Shown here: positions 1 through 12,080 of the stretch, one piece after another | Numbering within the stretch: position 1 is the first letter of the stretch | Layout of the letters: each line of letters starts with the position of its first letter | NCBI GenBank assembly: GCA_002269645.1 | Contig: NIVC01001050.1 | Location: 183,683-247,682 of the forward strand | DNA from: Macrostomum lignano | Lineage: Eukaryota | Length of the DNA: 64,000 bases | Reading direction: 5' to 3' | The notes under the pieces: model-generated | What the model saw: the letters and a program-made list of their open reading frames with translations, nothing else | The model's database searches: none | Told to the model about the DNA's origin: nothing | Translations under genes and position numbers: made by a program

Positions 1-2627
1 CCTGCAGGATCTGGTGTCGCAGACAGCTATTAAGCCCTACGTATTCACTGGAACAAACCTGCATACTTTGCTGGCTCACTCAGAGTCCGGAATTTACAAA
101 CAGGTGGCCGACAAGATGATCGAGCTTGGACCCTACGACGACTGCCCATCCAAGGTGAGTAAATTCGGTTTTGTCTTTGCCATGACCGCTGCTGGCGCCC
201 CCCCACTCCACGAATATGCATCAATCCACGAATACCATTAGGGGCGACGTTGTTATTGGCATATTCGTGGAGTGGGGGGGGCGCCAGCAGCGGTGATATA
301 CCGCGCCCCACAATGGCACGACCGAGATAGCACCCCTAAATCACATGCCCGAGATAGCAACCCTCAATCACATGATCGAGGTAGCACCCCTCAATTACGT
401 GCCCGAGATAGCATCCCTCAATGGCATGCCCGAGATAGCATGCCCGAGATAGCATGCCCGAGATAGCATGCCCGAGATAGCATGCCCGAGATAGCATGCC
501 CGAGATAGCATGCCCGAGATAGCATGCCCGAGATAGCATGCCCGAGATAGCATGCCCGAGATAGCATGCCCGAGATAGCATGCCCGAGATAGCATGCCCG
601 AGATAGCATGCCCGAGATAGCATGCCCGAGATAGCATGCCCGAGATAGCATGCCCGAGATAGCATGCCCGAGATAGCATGCCCGAGATAGCATGCCCGAG
701 ATAGCATGCCCGAGATAGCATGCCCGAGATAGCATGCCCGAGATAGCATGCCCGAGATAGCATGCCCGAGATAGCATGCCCGAGATAGCATGCCCGAGAT
801 AGCATGCCCGAGATAGCATGCCCGAGATAGCATGCCCGAGATAGCATGCCCGAGATAGCATGCCCGAGATAGCATGCCCGAGATAGCATGCCCGAGATAG
901 CATGCCCGAGATAGCATGCCCGAGATAGCATGCCCGAGATAGCATGCCCGAGATAGCATGCCCGAGATAGCATGCCCGAGATAGCATGCCCGAGATAGCA
1001 TGCCCGAGATAGCATGCCCGAGATAGCATGCCCGAGATAGCATGCCCGAGATAGCATGCCCGAGATAGCATGCCCGAGATAGCATGCCCGAGATAGCATG
1101 CCCGAGATAGCATGCCCGAGATAGCATGCCCGAGATAGCATGCCCGAGATAGCATGCCCGAGATAGCATGCCCGAGATAGCATGCCCGAGATAGCATGCC
1201 CGAGATAGCATGCCCGAGATAGCATGCCCGAGATAGCATGCCCGAGATAGCATGCCCGAGATAGCATGCCCGAGATAGCATGCCCGAGATAGCATGCCCG
1301 AGATAGCATGCCCGAGATAGCATGCCCGAGATAGCATGCCCGAGATAGCATGCCCGAGATAGCATGCCCGAGATAGCATGCCCGAGATAGCATGCCCGAG
1401 ATAGCATGCCCGAGATAGCATGCCCGAGATAGCATGCCCGAGATAGCATGCCCGAGATAGCATGCCCGAGATAGCATGCCCGAGATAGCATGCCCGAGAT
1501 AGCATGCCCGAGATAGCATGCCCGAGATAGCATGCCCGAGATAGCATGCCCGAGATAGCATGCCCGAGATAGCATGCCCGAGATAGCATGCCCGAGATAG
1601 CATGCCCGAGATAGCAGTCCTCAATGGCAAGCCAGAGATATTGCACCCTGCTATGACTTCGCCCTCGCCCCTCGCTGTCAACACTCCGCTGAACCCCAAA
1701 GATGATCCCTAATAAAAATCCTTGACGACTTGAAGTCTGATCCGCATGAATAACAATTCCGGGCCTTAACTCTTTCAGCCGGCACAACCCGACCAGGCCT
1801 GCATAGTTGACTACTCATACTTGCTGGCGATTGCTAGGAAAAATTGCTCCCAGTTCTACCTGGCCGATGAGCTATTCAACACGGCCACTTTGGCTTACAT
1901 GTTTCAGGAGGATGCCTACTTTGCCGATTTGTTTAATTTTCAGTAAGTTTCGCTTGGTTTAATTCAGTGATCACTTCAAATTGATAAATTCATTTCTAAG
2001 ATGAAGGTCTTAAGTTTAATATAACACTAAAATTGACTATTGTCTCAACTTCTGAACTTAATAATAGCAAATGAAGCAACTAGGTGTTTTATCAAAATTG
2101 CACCCACACTGGAGTTCCAGTCGAAGTTCAGCTGTTCCCATCTCTGTAGTGTATGTTTTCTGGACAGATTTGTGAATGCAACTCGAACAAAACACATTCT
2201 TGCTTCATTCGGAATTCGGAAGTCCAGAAGGTGAAATATTGGAAATTCTGTGCTAAAACAACTGATAAATTCCTAACTCGCTGATGAATTTGCAGTGAAC
2301 TTTGCACTATTTGCGAGTGCAACGTCCTTGCTTTACTTGCCTCTGTATTAAATATCACAATAGTAATTTGTTAATTCGTCAACGCACAGCATGCAGAAGC
2401 TGCATGAGAGCGGCCAGATACAGCGCTGGTTCGATAAGTACTGGTCCAGCGACAACACCTGCAGCGTTGGCGCATCAACCGAGGCGGCATCCATCAACCT
2501 GGAAGGCGCTGGCGGGTGCTTCATCACTAGCCTGATTTTGTACGTTGTGGGACTGCTAATCCTGCTGGTGGAACTGGCCTGGACTAAGCTAGCCAAGAGA
2601 CAGCCACTTGACTGTGTGATCTACTAA
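1..2627 (+). CDS. Ionotropic glutamate receptor-like paralog 1, 3' part (S2, M4, C-terminus); 5' end outside window
   Basis: Exons <1-154, 1779-1942 and 2390-2627 with GT-AG introns and consistent phases. Reads LQDLVSQTAIKPYVFTGTNLHTLL...CPSK|PAQPDQACIVDY...FNF|HMQKLHESGQIQRWFDKYW...LEGAGGCFITSLILYVVGLLILLVELAW...DCVIY*. Intron positions match the complete paralog at 4504-9490. Confidence 0.9.
185..294. repeat. Near-perfect inverted repeat (about 35-bp arms, 39-nt loop), MITE/foldback-like, intronic
   Basis: ACCGCTGCTGGCGCCCCCCCACTCCACGAATATGC (185-219) is the reverse complement of 259-294 apart from one extra G in the G-run. Confidence 0.85.
301..1640. repeat. 14-bp minisatellite (GCATGCCCGAGATA) x85 embedded in degenerate 27-bp units
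   Basis: Perfect 14-mer from 424 to 1613, flanked by degenerate 27-mers such as CACCCCTCAATGGCATGCCCGAGATAG. Lies in an intron of iGluR paralog 1. Confidence 0.97.
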
Positions 2628-4294
2628 TCAGATTGAAATCGATCCTATCGATTGGTTACAATTTTTTCACCGCGTTGTCTAAAGGCACCAGTAGTCATTA
2701 GAAGCACAACTAAATGCACCAAGATATCCTCACTAAGTACTTGCTGTTTTCCCTAATTCAAAGGCTGTAGGTGACAAAAATGCAAGAACGACGCTCGGAT
2801 TAAATATAATTCCAGCGATTTTAAAAGTCCAATCACCAAGGCAACACGAACAACAACAACAAAATTAAATAAGCAAAACTAGTGTCACAGGGCGCGCTTC
2901 TGGACTTGGTCGCCAACGCAGGCCCACCGAAGCCGGAGGGACCGCCGTCGGCCAGAAGGAAGTCGACAACAAAACCGTGCGCCTGTCCTCACCGATAAGG
3001 AGCCTGCCGAGTCAGCGCGACTCGAAGAACCTAACAATCAGTTCTTTAATTAATCGTGTGGATGCTAAAATCCATTTGACTGTTTAGGCCCTCTTGAAAG
3101 TATAAAATTCGGTAAATGACAGGAAAAACTGTGACTAGGAAATAGTTCTTGTTTTAATTAGTGTCGAAAATTATCTAAGGTCCTAGGTGTCAGATCCTGC
3201 TGTACTGAATAATTTCATCATTAATTTAAACAAGCACATCCACCTCTATAATTATTAAATATTTGCGAGCACGTAGTTGTAGTACAAAAAAATAATTATT
3301 ACAGCTGCTGCTGTCAACATTCTTTATGTTCTTTATTATTCAATTTCTGTTTCTGTTTTACTAATGACACATAAATGCGTTAGAAAAATGACTGCCTGTA
3401 GCATATTTTTAAAAGCAAACCTATAGCACCGTTCACAGAAAATATCGAGAAGAGAACACACTTGGCAAGAACTCGAAGACACTAATAAAAGAGTCAATAA
3501 AAGCGCTGGTTTTAGGGGACGATGTCGCCGAAGGCGTTTCTGCAAGGTGTCCAATCAGCACTCATTCTAATTTATTGGTATTATTTTATCCTTACCCAAT
3601 GAAACAAAAATGGATTGCCAAGATAGCAAGTCACACAGAAGTGTCCGAGTCAAATAAAAAACAAACAAAGTCCCAAAGTAAAAGTATCACGTTGAAATCC
3701 AGTCACAAGTTCGACTCTGAATCCTAGCTGTGAATAAGGTAAGTCAAGGTACAAAAATGTAAAAGAAATGAATTTATTGCCGTAATTTTGGGTACTCCCT
3801 ATTGCTCGACGAGCTTCTTAAAATTTGACGCTTCTCAATAAAATACCTATAAAGATAAAAGAGCTCTGAGAGTTAGTGATTTTTGTGGAAATCTTTTTCT
3901 AAGACATCATTAAAACAAAGCTGAAAGAACCAGATAATGATTGAATCACATATGACAAGCCCTTTGAAGACTTTGATTTACCAAACTTTAAAGCAACCAA
4001 TAGCTCTATCGCAAGACGGAAGCTGTATCCTTGAAAAAACGAGAATATGCTCCATTCAAACAAATATTGATCTTTAAAAAAGACGTAATGACATAGCAAA
4101 AGACAAAGGCAAAAAGCAAAACAGCCTATGTTAAACAACATACTGGGAAGCATTCCTAGAAATTGTTCTTAGAGCCTAAGTAGTACCATTGCAGTTATGA
4201 TTTCACCGATTCGACCGGAAAAACCATTTCCAAAGAGTAATTATTCATTGATTCACTGTCTTCCTTATTGAAATATATTTCAGCCACGCGTTTA

Positions 4295-4300
4295 TATAAA
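4295..4300 (+). promoter_or_regulatory. Possible TATA box for iGluR paralog 2
   Basis: TATAAA about 200 bp upstream of ATG 4504. TSS unknown and the region is AT-rich. Confidence 0.3.
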
Positions 4301-4503
4301 CCCTAACCAGGGTCCGCCATTGGCTGCAAAAAATCCTTTCTACAAGCGAAAAAGAGCAGATAAAATAATTGCTTTTTTCGACAGTAAAAACTATCAGAGC
4401 TTACACGCATTTAAATGACACAATGAAAAGTTAAAAGAGCGTAAAAAGACTTAAAATCACTAAAACAAGCTACAACCAGAAGAGCAATACGTCTGAAACA
4501 CTT

Positions 4504-7500
4504 ATGGCGGCCATCTTTTTTATGTGCATATATCTCCTACTAAGCTGCACATCCGGCCTGGACTTCAAGATAGGCGTGATCACGGAGGCCGGAAGCTTGA
4601 ACGGCTCGCTCATCGACATCGCCTTCGCCAGACGGGTCAACTACAACTGGAGAGTGCTGCAGGGCCACACACTCTCATATGTGCATGTCAATGTGAGCTC
4701 GTGCAGCTCACACCAGGCTGTCAGGACTGGTGAGTTGAAGCATTTGCTACGCGACTCAATCGCTGCTCTGCTCAACCTGCTCAATCAATGCACACAATTG
4801 AAGCATGAATTGCACGAATGCAAGTGTGAGTGCGAGCTGTGAAACTGTGCATGTGTCTGTGTGTCTCGCTCCGCAGTGTGCTCGGAAAGCGGCCTGTCAG
4901 GTCTGATTGGCGTCGGCAGCTGCTCTCTGCTGGATGAAGTGAGCTCACTGAGCAAGTCTCTGCAGCTGCCGCTGATCGCCCTGCCGACTGGACTGTGCGA
5001 CTCTGCTCGGCTGAGCAAAGGTAACTGAGATCGATTTCTGACATCTTGCCACCATTTCTATCTGTATTCGGTTTCGACATGAAATCACGCGGAATTGCAG
5101 ACATGACCATCGTGGGCAGCCACAGCTCAGACAACATCGTCGCTGCAGCCGCCACCGTCCTTACGTCAGATTCCATAGTTAGCAGTGTGGCAGTTTTCTT
5201 CGATAATCTGCAAAGTGAGTGCTGTGAATAAAGTAAAATCCTAGAGAGCTCCAATATTTTCAGTATATTTACGGATGTTTCTTCTATCAAAGTTCAAAAA
5301 GTCAGACATAACTAAAGTCTATACTTGATCACTGTAGGCACAACAGTGCTGCAGAGCCTGCAGTCCAGCCTCTCCTCTGCCGGTGTGAGCAGTCTCACAT
5401 TCCGAGTGGACGACACTGTCAACGCTTCTGTTACTCCTGACCTGGTGCACCACCTCAAGCGGCTGGTCAAGAAGAAAGTGTTCAAGCTGCTGCTGCTCGC
5501 CTCTCCTCGCAATGCTCTCAGTGTGCTCAGGCTCGCCAGGGAAGCTGCAGTGATGCAGCAGAACTACTTCTGGCTTGTGCTCGACACCGGACTGTCCAAG
5601 GCCGATGTGCTCAGCGTGACGCCGACGAACGCGAACGTCGCTCTGCTGAGAGGCAGCGTGTTCACCGAGTGCACAGCAGCAGTGATGGATGTGCTTCCTC
5701 AGTGCCAGACGGACTGGCTTCGGGTGAGCGTTTCATGTGTGCTGCTTGATGGCTGCAGGGATTCATCATGCAGCACCGCACGTGTGCAATGCATGCCTCT
5801 GTCGCACTCGATCTCGCACTCGATCGTCGCATTCGCATTCGACAGACTCTGGACGCTCGCTTCGTAGACGCCGTAGAAGCCATGGCCAAGGCGCTCAATG
5901 ACTCGCTGCTGGATCCGGGATTCTCTCCCGGCAACGCCTCGTGTGCGCCTCTGCGCCACTGGACATCGGGCTCGACTGTGCTCAACAGACTCATGAGTGT
6001 GAGTGAGCTCACTAGCTAGCTAGCATTGACAAGCATTATTAGTTTCAAGCTGGTCTCTCCCCAATCCCTACTCGATGTGCAGATCAGCGACTATGACACT
6101 CAGCGAGGCCTGATCTCGTTCAACAGCTTGACCAGACACTTCAGCTCGCAACGAGTCGAAGTGGTCGCGTCCTACAATGAGCTGTGGTCGTCTCCGGTCT
6201 CGATGCTGAGGTCGGCTCAGTTCGATGCATCGAGCGGAGCTCTGAGCAAGCAGTTTCGCTACAAGGGAGTCAGTTTGGCATTCCCCAACACCTTCATGGG
6301 GTTCAAGAATGCTACAATTGTTATTTGCACTCCTCAGGTAGCGTTGAACGAAGATATATAATGACTGGGTTGATAAAAAACAACAATTCTATAAATCATC
6401 AAACGTGTATAGTGAATTTTTATAACTTTTAGACTTCTCCAAAGACAGTCTTTATGGAGAAGTTTTTGAATAACACTGTTATTATATCAGGACTGACGCG
6501 AGACATTCTTGACATCTTGTCTTCAAGACTAGATTTTAAGTGAGTTTTCCACTGAACTTCAGAATTTAAATAATTATTTGTTCGATCAATTTTGATTGTT
6601 TTGTTTAAATGAAGGTTTATTACGAAAGACTCGGACGATGGAAATTGGGGCGCGCCGCAGGTGGGCTTGAGCTATTTTACTGGCTGTGTAGGAGAGCTTC
6701 AGAGAGGAGTGAGTTCGTTTCGCATTTGTGTTGTTTTGTGCTTGTGGAGAGCTTTGTGGAAACTTTGTGGTCAACAGTTATTATAAATGAAATATAATTG
6801 AATATTTGTTGAAACTTCAGATGGTTAACCTTTCTGCTGGACCATTTACAAAGACCGCCATCCGAGAGTCAGTGGTTGATTTTTCAACCCCTTTATTTCA
6901 AGAATCTAACGCCGTGCTGGTGGTAAAAGCGGAGCCTCTTTCAAAAGCGTGGAACATTTTCATGCCATTCAGCTGGGATGTCTGGCTGGCCCTGGTCGGC
7001 TTTCTCGCGGTCTGCTCCATGGCAATGTGGCTATTAGCTTATTTCTGTCCATTCTCTGCCTACAACTTGGGCATGCAGTATGCAGTTGCTGACGAGCTCT
7101 GGTTGCAAGAGTACATCTGGAGCGCCATTGGAAGCTTTCTACAGCAAGGTCAGGACTTCTACCCATTTGCAATGTCGCCAAGAACTGTTATGTCTTTCTG
7201 GTGGATGTTCACCGTGATCATCTATGGAGCATACACCGGTAGGTCTTTTAAAAAACTTCGGGCGTTTTTGGCGGTTTTGAGAATTATTTTGTTGATTCGA
7301 TCGGTTAAAATTCGGGATCCTATTCTTTCTAGAGTGATGAAAGCTGGGGCGGTATTGAATTTTTAAGGATCAATAGTCAAAAAGCGGTACAATAAATTTT
7401 CACAGGCGATCTAACTGCTCACCTTACGGTTACTGTCACTGACTATCCAATCAAGACACTGGCAGATCTAGCGTCACAGAGCCAGATAAAACCAGTAGTG

Positions 7501-9490
7501 AACGATGGAACCAATCTGTACACCCTGCTCACTGAGGCGCAGTCTGGTGTGTACACACAGATTGCGGACCAAATGCTCGTCATAGCATCCAACGCTAATT
7601 GTCCAAAGAAGGTCTGTTTCACAATATTCTAGATTAAATTTTTGTTTCTTTAATTTAACTTCACTTGAACAATCGGAAATATTTTTAGCCACCAGTAAAG
7701 AGCGAAGCTTGCATTGCTGACTACACAACTTTGCTAGCCGTTGCGACGAAAAACTGCAGCCAGTACTACTTAGCTAAAGAGTTATTTAACACGGCGACTG
7801 TGGCATTCATGTATCCGAAAGATGCCTACTATGCTGGCCTGTTTGATTTTCAGTAAGTTGTGTTGGCTACATGCTGACTTTAAGGCAGGTTGTCTCTTGC
7901 ATTACATAGGAAAAGAGATTATTTGAGTACAAATTAACACAGCAATGTAATGGGGGCCGATCAACAAACCAGTTGCCTATCTGACCCTCGCACACAATGT
8001 AACGATTGTGGTCATTATTGTACCCTTTTGACTTCCCCTGTCTATGGCCCAGACATGTATAGTGCGGATGCTGAGTATGAAATGCGATTGTTGCCGGAAT
8101 GCGCTTTGAAAGGGTTGTAGAGATAATCAATCGTCTATGGCAAATTTAGTTGCTCTCTAAATGAAAGGGTTGTAGAGATAATTAATCGTTTATGGCAAAT
8201 TTAAAGGACAGTGAAGACAGCTAGCCTGCTGCCATGAGTTAATTCTCAAGTTGATTTTGAGCTTGAATTAATTCTCCTATTCGGAGTGCAAATAGGAAAA
8301 CTAGCTATGATTCGCTACGCAAAAATTCCTGGCTCAATAAGTCTGGCTTCTCAGCCTGCCAACGACTCGGTAAAGATTCACTTGGAGACTTCATGAAGAA
8401 TCTGAGTGCGTGTCTGGCTCTGCAGCGGAAGTACACCAACCATTGTGTGCGAGTAACCACGGTGAGTAAAGATTGCATGGCCTACTCACTTCAGTAAAAC
8501 TGTAAGAATACTGTCTTACCCAACTGCTGAAACTTAGGTGAACTGTTTGGCCAAGGCCGGTTTCGATAATCAAGCGATTACACTAATGACGGGACACAAG
8601 AATTCGAGCTCAGTGGATGTATACAAGCGGCGAGACATGGACTGTGTGGCCCGAATGAGCGCTTGTCTGGCTGCCTATGGGTCCAAAGTCACCAAGATTG
8701 ACGACGATGCGGAATCCACCATCGAAAGTGTGACAACTGGGTCTGATAGAGGCGAGCTGATGAAAGCACCGAGGACGGCCAAGACCTGCCGAGAAGCCTC
8801 TGTGGTGGTCAGTTCCACAACTGCACATTCAACTTTTACGGAAAGTAAAACAATTGATTCGATCGGTTTGTTCTTAAGAACTTTTTGTGACTATGAAACA
8901 CTTTCGCCGTGTTGCTATTGTTGTTCCTTGTTTTGATAGCCAAATACATTCGTCTGAAATCCGGCAACAATCGAAAAAAGCCGACAAACAATTAAATTGT
9001 TACCGCAAGTATGAATGCCGGAAACCATAGACAAAAGGGAACAATGGTACTCAGCTTCGATTTGTGCCTGCGTTACGAATTTGTGTGGCTTCCGGTCCAC
9101 TACCACCTTGATTTTCGGCAGAGCCGAATGCCCCCCCCCCTGCAAATTAAGGCCAGTTCACACATTGGCACTTATAGCTCCACGGGTCAAATAGTGCTCA
9201 AATCAAAGTGGTGTTGGTTCAAGACTCATTTTAAAACGAACTATTCCAGCATGCAGAAACTGCACGAGGCGGGCGTGATGAGGCGTCTATTTAATATCTA
9301 CTGGTCCAGCGACCAGGACTGCGGCTCCAGCACATCCACAACGGATGCCGACAACATCGATATGGAAGGCATAGCGGGTTGCCTTGTTGTCACTGGGTGT
9401 CTGTACGCCATCGGGTTGCTAATTCTGGTGCTGGAATTGGCTTGGACTCGACTGTGCAACAGGAGACCGATGGACTGCGTACTGTACTAG
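4504..9490 (+). CDS. Ionotropic glutamate receptor-like paralog 2, complete (835 aa: signal peptide, ATD, S1, M1-M3, S2, M4)
   Basis: 12 exons: 4504-4729, 4877-5020, 5101-5214, 5338-5723, 5846-5998, 6083-6337, 6433-6539, 6615-6708, 6821-7238, 7406-7611, 7689-7852, 9250-9490. Total 2508 nt, all GT-AG and phase-consistent. Motifs: DGNWGA..FTGCVGELQRG, GPFTKTAIRESVVDFSTP, PFSWDVW, WSAIGSFLQQG, WWMFTVIIYGAYTGDLTAHLT. Confidence 0.93.
7921..9204 (+). mobile_element. Crypton-like (tyrosine recombinase) element remnant nested in the last intron of iGluR paralog 2
   Basis: Spliced frame 8296-8461 + 8538-8936 (76-nt GT-AG intron) reads ...QRLGKDSLGDFMKNLSACLALQRKYTNHCVRVTT|VNCLAKAGFDNQAITLMTGHKNSSSVDVYKR, matching the YR C-terminal HxxR...GH...Y pattern. 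Flanked by degenerate inverted repeats (exact 14-mer 8085-8098 vs 8960-8973). Outer boundaries approximate. Confidence 0.8.
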
Positions 9491-9665
9491 CCGATTCTGG
9501 TTCGGCTTGACTAGACTAAAAAAACTGATTTAAAAACAGTGTACCCCGACAGATTTTATGCCAGTAAAAAAAAATACGCTCTCGGCTACTGCAAAAGCAG
9601 ACTAATTGGCCTAATGGCACTTAAGCAGCAATCAAGAAGCAGCATTGCTGAAGAATTCATTTCTA

Positions 9666-10307
9666 GGCACTCATTTTAGCGCCACAGGCACTCATTTTAG
9701 CGCCACAGACACTCATTTTAGCACCACAGACACTCATTTTAGCACCTCAGGCACTCATTTTAGCACCTCAGGCACTCATTTTAGCGCCACAGTCACTCAT
9801 TTTGGCGCCACAGTCACTCATTTTGGCGCCACAGACACTCATTTTAGCACCTCAGGCACTCATTTTAGCGCCACAGGCACTCATTTTAGCGCCACAGACA
9901 CTCATTTTGGCGCCACAGTCACTCATTTTGGCGCCACAGACACTCATTTTAGCACCACAGACACTCATTTTAGCACCTCAGGCACTCATTTTAGCACCTC
10001 AGGCACTCATTTTAGCACCTCAGGCACTCATTTTAGCACCTCAGGCACTCATTTTAGCGCCACAGTCACTCATTTTGGCGCCACAGACACTCATTTTAGC
10101 ACCTCAGGCACTCATTTTAGCGCCATAGACACTCATTTTAGCGCCACAGACACTCATTTTAGCACCTCAGGCACTCATTTTAGCGCCATAGACACTCATT
10201 TTAGCGCCACAGGCACTCATTTTAGCGCCACAGGCACTCATTTTAGCGCCACAGGCACTCATTTTAACGCCACAGGCACTCATTTTAGCGCCACAGGCAC
10301 TTATTTT
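9666..10307. repeat. 21-bp minisatellite (GGCACTCATTTTAGCGCCACA), about 30 copies
   Basis: Direct inspection; variants GCCACA/ACCTCA and GGC/GAC/GTC. Confidence 0.95.
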
Positions 10308-11781
10308 GTTAATTATTAACAAGTTATTGATTACCGCAACGAGTCACAAGGTGGGGTTGGGGGGACAAAGCATTGAAATGTCCCCCATAGCTTTTACTGG
10401 GAGACATGTCCCCCCTGTCACTCCCTCCCCGGTGGCGACGCGCCTGGGAATGACGTTGGATGTGCTGAATGATCGAGCTTTGAAACTTTAGCGTAGGTTT
10501 TTCGTACTCACGATTTAAGACCTAATTTATAGCTTATAAAATTTATAAGATTGCATGCTACAGGTACATGCAGTTATCAGTATGTAGGAAATGCACGAGA
10601 CTGGCCTAATGTAGCAGTTTGTTAATGTATATTCGGCCAGCAATACGAATAATCGGTCTTGTGCAACTTCGCTGAGGCCATCCGATCAACTTAGAGGGCG
10701 TCGGTCGGTAGCGGTTCCGTCTACGTATTCTGCCTGTACGGTCAAGAGGCTGCTAAAGCCGTTGTTTGAGCTCTGCTGTACAAAGCTTGCAAGAATTAGC
10801 CGCTGAATTGTCGAATCTATTGCTCAAACTAACTTGACTCTTTCAACAGGGGTTGCCAGGTTGATCTAAATGAAAGTTTAACATCTGCACCGCACTAAAA
10901 TGCGTCTGTTTGAACAAAACAGTTTGTTTAAATAATTAGGTTATTTAGAAATATTTGAGTTTTAATAATTAACTTTGAGAGATAAAATAAATAGAACAGT
11001 TAACATTTTTGGTATATTCGATACTGCTCCAGCACCAGCACTACTTATCAGCGTAGTGAATTTTGCTCATTCTATTAAAAATATCATGTCTAACATTTAT
11101 ATTTACAGTTACCAATATGATTTAAAAATAATATTGCTGTGCATTCAATGGCAATTATGTACAGTAAGCAAATTAAGTTTTGCCTGCATGAATTAAAAAA
11201 GCGCAATTGCATATCTAGCTGGGACTTTATTCGTCGCGCACAAAGTAAAAAATGACTGGAAAAGAACAAAAAACTTACAATACTGATGCAAGAATGCAAC
11301 ATGCTATACAAAAAAGCGTAGAAGAGCACCAAAAAGGTTTAAAAAACAGCGTTTGTGATTTTTTGCAATTAGTAGTTGGTACATTGAAGTGTTGACTTAC
11401 ATAGCAAGTTCGACTGTTTTATGTACACAAACACTCGTATGTACATGACTTGGAGTTGGTTGGGCCAATCACAGCAGCTCTCAGTGACCTTGAGTACGGC
11501 TGGCAAACGCGCCCATACAGCCAATCAGAATTAGGGCAGTGAGCAGTCTGCGACCAACCCCGGTTGCTCGGGTGAACTCAGCTGCGTTGATGAAGTAGCT
11601 CTGCAATACATACAACGAGAGGTAGTGTGGTTGACTTGATTTAATTGTAGGTTACGTCAAGACAACTTTTCCATCTCAATACAGGCCCAGACACAAATTA
11701 TTTAATGCTGAAACCCTCACCTTATCGATCAAGACAACCCTACTTAATTCATCTGGACAAACCCACCCGATTGATCTAGAC

Positions 11782-12080
11782 CAGGGCTCGGCAAACTCCA
11801 GCCCGTGAGCCACATGAGGCCTGCGAAGCCTCTCTATCCGGCCCTCGGGTCCTTTGAAGCTTTACAAAAGCAATCCGGCCGGCTCGAGGCTTGTGTCTCT
11901 TCTCAGCTCTTTTCTGTCTTATCTCCTCTCTTATCTCTTCTCTCACTTCTCGTTCTCTATTCTCTTCTGTTCTCTTTACTCTCTTCTCTATTCCCTCTTC
12001 TCTGTCTCCCTCTTCTGGCCCGCAGTCATGCTCTGGATTTTCTATCTTGCCCTGGAGGTAAAAAATTATTCCGACCCCTG
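11782..12080 (+). mobile_element. hAT (Charlie-like) MITE, copy 1
   Basis: Starts CAGGGCTCGGCAAACT after an ATCTAGAC target and ends TTCCGACCCCTG. Shares GCCTCTCTATCCGGCCCTCGGGTCC and a CT-rich interior with copies 2 and 3. Right TSD not matched. Confidence 0.7.

Noticed and set aside
336-1787. Long minus-strand ORFs (385-483 aa, ACYLGHAISGMLSR repeats)
   Set aside because: Stop-free translation of the 14-bp array in all three frames, antisense within an iGluR intron.
3336-4153. Hydrophobic minus-strand ORFs that might be a membrane protein
   Set aside because: AT-rich, interrupted by stops, no family motif or consistent splice model.
9645-10319. 224-aa THFSAT repeat ORF
   Set aside because: Translation of the 21-bp array; no ATG and no unique coding flanks.
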